Assembly: GCA_001661245.1 (NCBI GenBank)
Contig: KV454016.1
Coordinates: forward strand, 124,001-164,095
Direction of reading: 5' to 3'
Source: Pachysolen tannophilus NRRL Y-2460
Lineage: Eukaryota
DNA length: 40,095 nt
A program made the translations under genes and the position numbers. Below, one piece after another: positions 11,467 through 20,756 of the stretch. The notes below the pieces were generated by a model. It worked only from the letters and a program-made list of their open reading frames with translations, did no database searches and was not told where the DNA came from. Within the stretch, counting starts at the first letter, position 1. The number at the start of each line of letters is the position of its first letter.

Positions 11467-12246
11467 TTATTTTTTTCTTTCGTTTTTCCATTTAAAAGAA
11501 ACTTTACCATTTTTATCAACTGATTTTTTTTTTGAACCCTTTTTCATCAACTCTCTTTGTTGATCCATTTTTTGTTGTAAATTTTTTAATTTCAGTTCTC
11601 TTTCTAATCTCAGTTTTAACAATTTAAATTTTTTCAATTTTTTTTCATCAAATAAATTTTTATTATAATCTCCAAATTTTTCTTTATAATCTGATATTTT
11701 ATTCATATCTTTTTTTTCAAAAGAATTTTGATTATTTTCTCCTACTAATTGTTCCAATTTTAATCTATTTTCTCTTTTATTCAATAATCTTTCATCAGTA
11801 CCAAAATACTCCAGTGGATCAAACTTTAACTTCTCCTCATTCGATCCAACAAATACAACATGTTTCCCTTTACTATGGAAATTCAAATTTTTAGATAATT
11901 TCTCAATAGCTTTTAACTCTTTTGTCCGTATCACATTTATATAATTTGAATCTTGTGTCTTTAATAATGAAACCTCATCATTCCCAAGACTCTCGTTACC
12001 TCTCTCCGCAACAACTATACCTTTCCCATCACTCCTATTACTAACCATCGAATGATAATACTCATCCTCATTCTTATTAGCAGCTTTAACTTTTAAAACT
12101 TTAAGCGCCGCTTGTTTCTTATGATAATCATCTGCTCGTAACTTATAATCTTTCTTCTTCTCCAAAAGTCCCCACCGTTTCCTCTCCTGAGGCTGAGATC
12201 TCTCTCGATGCTGTTTCTTCTGAACATTATGAACTAACCGAACCAT
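11467..12246 (-). CDS. UTP11: SSU processome protein Utp11
   Basis: KKQHRERSQP, GLLEKKKDYKLRA, KNEDEYY, LLKTQD, FKWKNERKK. Confidence 0.95.
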   Translation of the reverse strand: MVRLVHNVQKKQHRERSQPQERKRWGLLEKKKDYKLRADDYHKKQAALKVLKVKAANKNEDEYYHSMVSNRSDGKGIVVAERGNESLGNDEVSLLKTQDSNYINVIRTKELKAIEKLSKNLNFHSKGKHVVFVGSNEEKLKFDPLEYFGTDERLLNKRENRLKLEQLVGENNQNSFEKKDMNKISDYKEKFGDYNKNLFDEKKLKKFKLLKLRLERELKLKNLQQKMDQQRELMKKGSKKKSVDKNGKVSFKWKNERKK

Positions 12247-12333
12247 CTTCCCTACTCAAAAACTCAAATACTCAAACACTCTATTTTCTTCTCTTGTTCT
12301 TTTACTTGTTCTTGTTCTTCTTTTACTTGCTTT

Positions 12334-12344
12334 AAAAATTTTCA
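12334..12344 (-). promoter_or_regulatory. RRPE-like element upstream of UTP11
   Basis: TGAAAATTTTT on the minus strand about 90 bp upstream of the ATG. Confidence 0.45.
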
Positions 12345-12513
12345 ACACCTCAATTTTTTTTTTGGTATTCTGGAAACGACTTTTTTTTAAATGATGATTT
12401 TAAAAATGGGCAGAGCTTTGAGAATACGAGTTACCAAGTTTTATATAAGTTTAATTAATTAATCCAATATATATATATTTATATATATATTTGAGTTGAA
12501 GGATTTTTAGAGG

Positions 12514-15180
12514 ATGCCGGAAGGAGTTGATTATAGTCGGATTCCACTGGGGCCTCCTGAGTATAGTGATTTAGAGCAGGATGGGGGTTTGTTGTTTGAA
12601 GAATTTGAGATTGAGGAACCGCCGATGGAACAAGGTGATTTTCAATCTGGATCAGGTTCAGGATCAGGTTCTGGTTCTCATTCTGGCTCAGGGTTTGATA
12701 ATTTACCGGCGGTTAATTCCGCGGTTAATCTGGCGGTTAATCCGTTAAGAACTATTACAACCAGTAATTTTTTATCTCGACTGGAGGAGTCTTCTAGGAG
12801 GATAGCGAGGAAATTTAATTCAAATATATATACACCTGTAACAAAGATACTTGATCCATTTTATGAGATGTATAAGAATTTTTCATTATACTTTGATAGT
12901 TATTTGTCCAAAATTGGGAACCCACTTATTTTGAAAAGGTTATTATATGTTTTAATTGTTGCTTCTGTGGTGTATATAATTACAGCATCTGGGTTATCAC
13001 CAAATGGTGGTCAACTGCTTACTGGAGATTTTTATAATCAAACACAGTTGGGTGAATTTATATCTAAAAATATTAATGTCAACTCTATGGAAGAAACATT
13101 GGAATATTTGTCTTCGATTCCTCATATTTCTGGGACAGCTGGTGATTTAACATTGGCAAGATATTTCCAAGATACTTTACATAAAAATGGAATATCTTCA
13201 GTTGAATTTTTAGAAATTGATTCATTTATAAATTATCCAAATAAATCAGTTTTACAATTGTTGGATAAAGATGGAGGTGTTGTATATAACGCAAAATTAT
13301 CGGAATTTGTAAATAACAAAGAACTGGATAATGAAAATATTAATAATAATAATAATAATAATAATGATAATAATGATAATGATAATGATGATTTAACTAA
13401 AAAAATCAATGAAGATACACATATAGAATATAAATCGTTTAATCCTGGTTCAAAACTGGGAGAAATCAAATCTTTTCTTATTTATGGGAATTATGGTTCA
13501 AGAAAAGATTTCCAATATTTGATAGATAATAAAGTTAATTTAAAAGATTCTATAATGATGCTTAAATTTGGTGGTGGTATAGAAACATGTACCAAGATCT
13601 TATTGGCACAAAGTCATTCTGTAGGTGGAATAATTTTCATAAGTGATCCAAATGATCAAATGTTGAATTTTACAATGAATTCAATTCAAAAAGAAAGTGT
13701 TGGAATGTCATTGACTTCACCAGGTGATTTATTGACTCCAGGATGGGCTTCGTTACAAAATATACATAGAACATCATGGGATGAATCTCCATCAACTCCA
13801 AAAATCCCAACTTTACCGATTTCTTGGCAAGATGCTATTCCTTTTATTGAAAGTTTGAAAGGGAAAGGTATTAAAACTAATAATTGGGATTTAAAAATTG
13901 ATGATAAAAATTATGAGATTTGGACTGGCTCTGGAAACTCAAATAATAATAATATTGAAGAAAAAATTTTTTTACAAAATTTACCATTATCAAAAGAGAA
14001 AAAACCAATTTGGAATGTTATTGGTAGAATAACTGGTAGAGAACAATATCAAAGAGGAATAATTATTGGTGCACAAAGAGATTCTTCATGTTTTGGTGCA
14101 ACTACAAATACTGGAACTACAATTCTTATTGAATTGATTAAATTATTCACCAAATTACAAACTAAATTTAATTGGGCACCTTTAAGATCAATATATTTTG
14201 TTTCATTTGATGGAACTGATTATAACTTGGCTGGATCCACTGAATGGGTTGAGGCACGTACTAGAGAATTAAGAAAAGAAGGTTATACATATATTGATTT
14301 AAGTAATGCTATAACTGGTGATATATTGGAAATAAATTCTCATCCAATATTGAAAAAAATTATAATGTCAGCATTAGAAGAAACAAATGATCCAATATCA
14401 AATAATACATTAATAAAAGAACAATTTGAAAAAAATAATTTAAAGATAAATACTTTTAAAAATTATGCAAATAAAAATTATCTTTCATTTCAAACATATT
14501 TGGGTATACCATCTTTAGAAATTAAATTTAAAGGTAAATCATTTTCAAAAAATTCATGTCTTGATACTTTCCAAAATTATAAAATTAGAGAAATTGATCC
14601 TGAAATGTTAAATCATAGAACTTTAGTCGATTTAATAGCAAAAATTATAATTAAACTTACTGAAGAACCATTAATACCATTAGATATTTTAAGTTATGTT
14701 TCATCATTGGATTATTATTTAAAAGATTTAGTATCATATTCAGAAACAATAAAAGGTTTTGACAAGAGAAAAGAAAAACATTTACAAACAACAGGTTTTA
14801 TTGCTTCATTATTAAAATTGAAAAGAATAGGTGAAGAATATCAAGGTTGGATTAAACTGTGGCATGAAATAATTGAAAGTGATGATCATCAAGAACCAAG
14901 TCTATTAACCGTAAATAGATGGAATTGGAACTTGAAATTATCCAATTTCGAGAAAAACTTATTACTCCAAACTGGTTTACCAAATAGACTGTGGAATAAA
15001 AACGTTATATTTGGTCCTCAATTATGGAGTCCAGAAGGTAAAGACGCTGAAAAATATGAGTATGGTACTTTCCCAGGTGTAAGAGACCTGTTATACAACG
15101 AAGATTGGAAAACAGCTCAAGAACAATTGGACCAAGTAACTGAATTGATAGGAATATCCGCTGACTCTTTCATCGGATGA
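12514..15180 (+). CDS. TRE2: Transferrin-receptor-like / M28B family membrane protein (Tre1/Tre2-like)
   Basis: N-terminal PPEY motif, single TM, PHISGT, PA domain (YGNYG..DF), PKIPTLPISW, IIIGAQRDS, GSTEWVE, TfR dimer domain. TRE1 and TRE2 cannot be told apart. Confidence 0.8.
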   Translation: MPEGVDYSRIPLGPPEYSDLEQDGGLLFEEFEIEEPPMEQGDFQSGSGSGSGSGSHSGSGFDNLPAVNSAVNLAVNPLRTITTSNFLSRLEESSRRIARKFNSNIYTPVTKILDPFYEMYKNFSLYFDSYLSKIGNPLILKRLLYVLIVASVVYIITASGLSPNGGQLLTGDFYNQTQLGEFISKNINVNSMEETLEYLSSIPHISGTAGDLTLARYFQDTLHKNGISSVEFLEIDSFINYPNKSVLQLLDKDGGVVYNAKLSEFVNNKELDNENINNNNNNNNDNNDNDNDDLTKKINEDTHIEYKSFNPGSKLGEIKSFLIYGNYGSRKDFQYLIDNKVNLKDSIMMLKFGGGIETCTKILLAQSHSVGGIIFISDPNDQMLNFTMNSIQKESVGMSLTSPGDLLTPGWASLQNIHRTSWDESPSTPKIPTLPISWQDAIPFIESLKGKGIKTNNWDLKIDDKNYEIWTGSGNSNNNNIEEKIFLQNLPLSKEKKPIWNVIGRITGREQYQRGIIIGAQRDSSCFGATTNTGTTILIELIKLFTKLQTKFNWAPLRSIYFVSFDGTDYNLAGSTEWVEARTRELRKEGYTYIDLSNAITGDILEINSHPILKKIIMSALEETNDPISNNTLIKEQFEKNNLKINTFKNYANKNYLSFQTYLGIPSLEIKFKGKSFSKNSCLDTFQNYKIREIDPEMLNHRTLVDLIAKIIIKLTEEPLIPLDILSYVSSLDYYLKDLVSYSETIKGFDKRKEKHLQTTGFIASLLKLKRIGEEYQGWIKLWHEIIESDDHQEPSLLTVNRWNWNLKLSNFEKNLLLQTGLPNRLWNKNVIFGPQLWSPEGKDAEKYEYGTFPGVRDLLYNEDWKTAQEQLDQVTELIGISADSFIG

Positions 15181-15235
15181 TTTAAACCCCAATTTCTAAT
15201 CAAAGAAGTATTATCGTCGTTTCGTATCTTAAAAG

Positions 15236-15242
15236 TCGCGTC
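15236..15242. promoter_or_regulatory. MCB-like element upstream of CDC9
   Basis: GACGCGA on the minus strand about 190 bp before the first ATG; CDC9 is an MBF target in yeasts. Confidence 0.45.
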
Positions 15243-15430
15243 TTTGATTTATTTTAATTTTTTTTATTTTTCTTTTTAAATATTATTTTTTTATTCATTT
15301 TTTTTTTTGGTGTACTTTTTGATAAATAGAATATTATATATTCGCCTAAATATATATATATATATGTATATATATTGAGTCGAGTTGAATCGATTCTTGT
15401 TGATTGGAAAATAAAGAATTCAGTCCATTG

Positions 15431-17914
15431 ATGTTATTCGCCTTTAAAAATTGTTTAATAATTAGTATTCAGAGATCCATAGTATATAATAATAAGAGAA
15501 TAATAGTAGTAGCAATGTCAAAGCATCACCAGCAACAAACTTTAGGTCGGTTTTTCTCATCTTTGAAAAGACCAGAAGATGCGAGGCAGCAAAAGGTGGA
15601 TAAGTTGATTAATAAGAATAGAAGTAATGATGATGATAGTCATAATGAGAATGAGGTTAAAGAGGAGGAATTTTTGGGAAAGGAGGAAACTGAAGAAAAA
15701 TTATCACTAAAGTCTGAATTAGATTCAAATGATGAGCAGGCAAAGAATGCTAAGAGGATAAGTAGTTCTAATGATGCGTCAACACCACCACCTTCGTCGC
15801 CACCTCGTGTTCATAAGAAACAGAAAATTGCCAAAACTGAAGAAGAAGAAGGAGGAGAAGAAGAAGAAAAAGATAATGGTAAATTGACTTCGACTGTGGA
15901 GGATACTGATCCTCCATCTTCTACTGAACAATTAGAAGAAGATCCATACAGTGATACCGATTCAGAAGATAACAATAAACCCATATCCCATTCAAAACCG
16001 GTAATACTTCTAGAAAATAGCAATGTTCAGAAAATTGAAGTTACAAAAACTGAAAATAAGGAAAATTCCATTTTGTATTCTGATCTTTGTGAAATATATG
16101 ATAAATTAGAAAATGAAAGTAGTAGATTGAAAAATTTAAAGATAACTTCAGAATTTATTGAAAGCTTACTTTTATCTGATATATCTCAAAAATCGTTGAC
16201 TGAGACTATATATCTTTTAATCAATCGTTTAGGACCAGATTATGAGGGGTTGGAGTTAGGATTAGGTGAAACTATCTTATTAAAAGCATTGGGCGAGGCA
16301 ACTGGTAGAGAATTGAAATTAATTAAACAAGAATATAATAAATTAGGTGATATTGGTCTTGTGGCTAAAAATTCACGTTCTAAACAACCAACAATGTTTA
16401 AGGCAAAACCTTTGGATATTTTATTAGTTTTCAACAATTTGACTAAAATTGCTAAATTAACAGGAAATCAATCACAACAAAAGAAAATTGGTATTATTAA
16501 ATCAATGGTCAGTGCATGTCAACCTAATGAAAGTAAATTTTTGTTAAGGACATTAGAAGGGAAATTACGTATAAATTTTGGTGAAAAATCGGTATTAGTT
16601 GCCTTAGCTCAAGCTTTTATTTCATATGAATATAAAAAATTAGGTAAAAAGAAAATTGATCCAGAAGTTATCACTAAAGCTGAAGATGTTATGAAAGACG
16701 CGTTTTCACAACTTCCAAACTATGGAATTTTAATAGAGACAGCTTTTAAATATGGGGTATTGAACGTAGGGAAACATTGCTCTTTGAGACCTGGTATTCC
16801 TTTAAAACCGATGTTAGCAAAACCTACAAAATCGATTACTGAGATATTGGACCGCTTTCATGATGTTAAATTCACTTGTGAATACAAGTATGATGGTGAA
16901 AGATGTCAGTTGCATTTATTGGATGATGGATCAATCAAGATTTTTTCAAGAAATTCAGAAGATATGTCTGAAAGATACCCAGATTTAATTGATGTTATTC
17001 AAAACTTGAAGCAAGTAAATTCCGATTTGAGAAATTTAATTTTGGATTGTGAAGCAGTTGCTTATAATAGAGAAGAGAAAACTATTATGCCTTTCCAAGT
17101 CTTGTCTACTAGAAAGAGAAAAGATGTTCAGGCAAAAGATATTAAAGTTAGAGTATGTCTTTTTGCATTCGATTTACTTTTCTTTAATGGAGAACCTTTG
17201 ATAACCAAATCACTATCCGAGAGAAGGGAAATTATGAAGGAAAATTTACATCTTATGGAAGGAGAATTTGAATTTGCTACTTCTATGGATACTTCAAATA
17301 TTGAGGAAATTCAAACATTTTTAGATTTATCAGTTAAAAATTCCTGTGAAGGGTTAATGGTCAAGATGCTTGAAGGAAAAGAAAGTGCATATGAACCTTC
17401 TAAACGTTCAAGAAACTGGCTCAAGTTGAAAAAAGATTACTTACAAGGAGTAGGTGATTCTTTGGATTTGGCAGTGATTGGTGCATATATTGGTAAAGGT
17501 AAGAGAACTGGATGGTACGGAGGTTTCCTCTTGGCATCATATAATCAAGACACTGGTGAATACGAAACTACATGTAAGATAGGAACTGGGTTTTCCGAGG
17601 AAATGTTGGCAAAATTGTATGAACAATTAAAACCCACAGAAATCCCAAGACCAAAACCTTTCTACGTGTATGACAACAACAACTCAAATGCCGTTCCTGA
17701 CGTTTGGTTTGAACCATCAATGGTCTTTGAGGTGCTCACCGCAGATTTGTCTTTATCGCCGATCTATAAAGCTGGAGCGTCTACTTTTGGTAAAGGTATT
17801 TCATTAAGGTTCCCAAGGTTTCTTAGAATAAGAGATGATAAAAATGTTGATGATGCAACCAGCAGTGAACAGATTATTGAGCTATACCAAAAACAAGCTA
17901 ATGCTCAAAGTTAA
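15431..17914 (+). CDS. CDC9: DNA ligase I; first ATG 15431, second ATG 15515
   Basis: EYKYDGER adenylation motif, EGLMVK, WLKLKKDY, SLRFPRF, PIP box QQTLGRFF. Confidence 0.97.
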   Translation: MLFAFKNCLIISIQRSIVYNNKRIIVVAMSKHHQQQTLGRFFSSLKRPEDARQQKVDKLINKNRSNDDDSHNENEVKEEEFLGKEETEEKLSLKSELDSNDEQAKNAKRISSSNDASTPPPSSPPRVHKKQKIAKTEEEEGGEEEEKDNGKLTSTVEDTDPPSSTEQLEEDPYSDTDSEDNNKPISHSKPVILLENSNVQKIEVTKTENKENSILYSDLCEIYDKLENESSRLKNLKITSEFIESLLLSDISQKSLTETIYLLINRLGPDYEGLELGLGETILLKALGEATGRELKLIKQEYNKLGDIGLVAKNSRSKQPTMFKAKPLDILLVFNNLTKIAKLTGNQSQQKKIGIIKSMVSACQPNESKFLLRTLEGKLRINFGEKSVLVALAQAFISYEYKKLGKKKIDPEVITKAEDVMKDAFSQLPNYGILIETAFKYGVLNVGKHCSLRPGIPLKPMLAKPTKSITEILDRFHDVKFTCEYKYDGERCQLHLLDDGSIKIFSRNSEDMSERYPDLIDVIQNLKQVNSDLRNLILDCEAVAYNREEKTIMPFQVLSTRKRKDVQAKDIKVRVCLFAFDLLFFNGEPLITKSLSERREIMKENLHLMEGEFEFATSMDTSNIEEIQTFLDLSVKNSCEGLMVKMLEGKESAYEPSKRSRNWLKLKKDYLQGVGDSLDLAVIGAYIGKGKRTGWYGGFLLASYNQDTGEYETTCKIGTGFSEEMLAKLYEQLKPTEIPRPKPFYVYDNNNSNAVPDVWFEPSMVFEVLTADLSLSPIYKAGASTFGKGISLRFPRFLRIRDDKNVDDATSSEQIIELYQKQANAQS

Positions 17915-18079
17915 CTCTAAACTCATTCATGCTCTGCTACCTTACTTCTTTCACATCTGTATATTTATATAAAAAAAGAAAAAAAATTTTCAATAAATAA
18001 AGTCTCTTATCATATAGCTTTTTATCTTTATGAAAAATTGTAGTTTCCTGCTATAAAAAAAATAAGAAATAATACAAAA

Positions 18080-19036
18080 ATGAACTTTGCAATTATATAT
18101 AATATACTATTATTAAAACATGTTTTCAAGAAGTTCTCAATGAATGAAATCAATTCTGTGTTTGACCGATTCAAATATTTGAATAGTAATATAGAATTGG
18201 ATTTTGATTTATATATTTCTATAATTACAGTATTGATTGCCAAGAAAAATCTATTATTATCATCTACAAGAACGGCAACAACTTTGTTGGAGTTAGAAAT
18301 CATTTTGGGAAGGGTATTGGCAATAGGATATACCGTAGTAGATATCAAAGATATAGAAAATGATGATTTTAGTGATGGTGAAGGTATTTGGATAATAAAG
18401 AATTTGGATAACGTGGCGACGTTTTACCAAAAAAAATTGTATGATTATTTACAATGTCATCAAGATAAGAATGTGATAATATTAATTGAAAACGATTCAG
18501 GTATTGAAGTTGAGCTAGTAAACGAATTAAATGATAAGATATTATTCAGGCAATTTCAATCGTATGAGAATAGTAACGATAATATAGATGAAGTGTTACA
18601 ACTTACATTGGCGAATCCATTTCAACCAGAAACAGGTTTACATAACTCTAAACAGATTTTTCAAAATTTACATGATTCAATAAAGACGATAACCATTGTC
18701 CCCGAGATTAAGAGATACTATAATGATATTATAATATTTCTTAGGAACCATAGAATGGTGAAAATTAACAGTCTTAAAAATATTTTAAAAGCAGAGTTTG
18801 AAATAATGCTTCGAACCTTGTGTGTAATAAATAGATTGGGTTATTGTATACCAATATTGGTTAAAAATTGTGCAAAAAAATTTTTCCCATTACACTTAAT
18901 TTTGATAAGCCGATATGAAGAGGAAACAAGTTTAGTTTATGGTAGTGATCCAAAGATTGTGAAGGCTATATTTGATAAATGGGATAATGATTTGGTTGTT
19001 GAAGATGCATTGGGAAGAATTCAACCGCCACTTTGA
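18080..19036 (+). CDS. MTC2: Mtc2-like protein (start may be ATG 18140)
   Basis: PEIKRYYNDIIIFLRNHR, ETSLVYGSD and VEDALGRIQPPL end resemble Mtc2; linked to UTP11 as in S. cerevisiae. Confidence 0.7.
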   Translation: MNFAIIYNILLLKHVFKKFSMNEINSVFDRFKYLNSNIELDFDLYISIITVLIAKKNLLLSSTRTATTLLELEIILGRVLAIGYTVVDIKDIENDDFSDGEGIWIIKNLDNVATFYQKKLYDYLQCHQDKNVIILIENDSGIEVELVNELNDKILFRQFQSYENSNDNIDEVLQLTLANPFQPETGLHNSKQIFQNLHDSIKTITIVPEIKRYYNDIIIFLRNHRMVKINSLKNILKAEFEIMLRTLCVINRLGYCIPILVKNCAKKFFPLHLILISRYEEETSLVYGSDPKIVKAIFDKWDNDLVVEDALGRIQPPL

Positions 19037-19212
19037 AACATGCGTAGTTATTTGGGATAAAAATGTATAGGGAGGCTATAAAGGAATAAAATTTTTTTGC
19101 GGAAGTAATTCTAAGAAATATTATTACGAATCAACATTATTAAGCTATTTATGAGAAGAAGGGAAACAAAAAAATAAAAAAAGAAATAAAAAAGAAAATT
19201 TATTGCAACTTT

Positions 19213-20178
19213 TTATTTTGTAGCTAAAGCGTCCCTAGCCCAAGTTGGCAAAACGAAAGAAGCTTCATGGATTTGTTTATTGTAGTATCTGAACAACTTT
19301 CTTTCAGTTTCAGGATCTAATTCTCTTAAAGGTTTTTTGACATTAGCGTTTGCATCTTTAGAACAAACCATGAATCCAATTTGACCAGATGGGTAAGTTG
19401 GAATAGTACAATATGCATATTCTGCAACTGGGAAAACTTCACCGCAAGCTTTCTTCAAATCCTGAATGATTTTCAAGTGCAACCAAATGTTTTCTGCTTG
19501 AGTGGTAATAACACCTTTGGATGTCAATGCATCGTTTAACAATTGGAAATAAGGTTTTTGAAATAATGATTCAGCAGGACCTTCTGGATCCGAAGAATCA
19601 GTAATGATAACATCAAAAGTATTCTTGTAGTCATCCAAGAACTTGAAACCATCACCAATGTGGACCTTAACTTTTGGATGTTTATAAGATTTGGACATAT
19701 CAGGCAAGAATTCTTTGGAAACTCTAATAACAGCTTCATCAATGTCGCATAAAACAGCTTCTTCCACTGATTCGTGCTTAACAACTTCTCTTAAAACACC
19801 CCCGTCACCACCACCAATAACAAGAACTTTCTTTGGATTTGGATGAGAATTCATTGCCAAATGGGTGATCATTTCCTGGTATGAAAATTCATCTCTTTCA
19901 GTAGCCTGAATAGCTCCATCCAAGACCAATACATTACCATAATCTGTAGATTTAAAAACAAGAACATCCTGATACTTGGATTTCTCAACATGGAGAATTT
20001 TTTCAACTCTCAAAGCCATGGCCTGACCAGGCCACATGGTATTGGAGATTTCATAGAACCAACCGTCTAAAATCAATTTTTACAAGTTAGTAGGATTTTT
20101 CATTAAATTAAAAAACAACCCCCTACAATTTCTCAATTGCATACCTTTAATTGATGGGTGACTTAAAGTTTCAGCCAT
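19213..20178 (-). CDS. SPE3: Spermidine synthase, 295 aa; exons 20178-20145 and 20066-19213
   Basis: Spliced start [49 protein letters not shown]. Confidence 0.97.
20067..20144 (-). other. 78-nt intron in SPE3
   Basis: GTATGC donor, TACTAAC branch (20092-20086), TAG acceptor; frame restored. Confidence 0.9.
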
Positions 20179-20350
20179 ATCTACTCTCTGATTTTCAAAT
20201 TGATATAAAGAACAAAAAAAACAAAAAACAAAGAAAAAAAAATTATATTAGATTTTTATTAAATCCACTTTTGATGAAAATTCTTCACCAATTTCTCTTT
20301 TTGCCTGAAAAATTCGAACCCATTTTTTTTTGTCTGCGCGGGGAAATTAC

Positions 20351-20404
20351 TGGAAAAACTGGAAAAATTGGAAAAATTGGAAAAATTGGAAAAATTGGAA
20401 AAAC
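20351..20404 (+). repeat. Six tandem copies of 9-bp TGGAAAAAY upstream of SPE3
   Basis: Read directly from the sequence. Confidence 0.9.
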
Positions 20405-20756
20405 TAAAAACTGGAATAACTTTAGAGACTTAAAAAAAATGGGCCATAGAACGACCAAAAAGGATCAAGGAATGAACCCAAAAATCAGAACAGGCGGAAA
20501 AACCTCTTCATCCTCATCAAGTGTTTAAAGAGTTTCGGAAAAAAAGAAAATTAAAGTTTATTAAGATTGGTACTAAACATTAAGACCAGAAAGTTGGTTT
20601 GATAAATGCAAATGGAAAATGGATAAACGAACAAATATATACTGAAAACTGTCAAGATTGAAAAAAAATGAAAAAAATGAAAAAGGAAAAAATGAAAAAC
20701 GAAAAAAAAAAGGTTTTAGAAAAAAAGATGGAGAAAGAGAATGAATTAGAGTGAGT

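Noticed and set aside
20151..20528. 125-aa ORF with GKI repeats
   Set aside because: TTG start, overlaps SPE3 exon 1 antisense; the repeats are just the translated promoter minisatellite.
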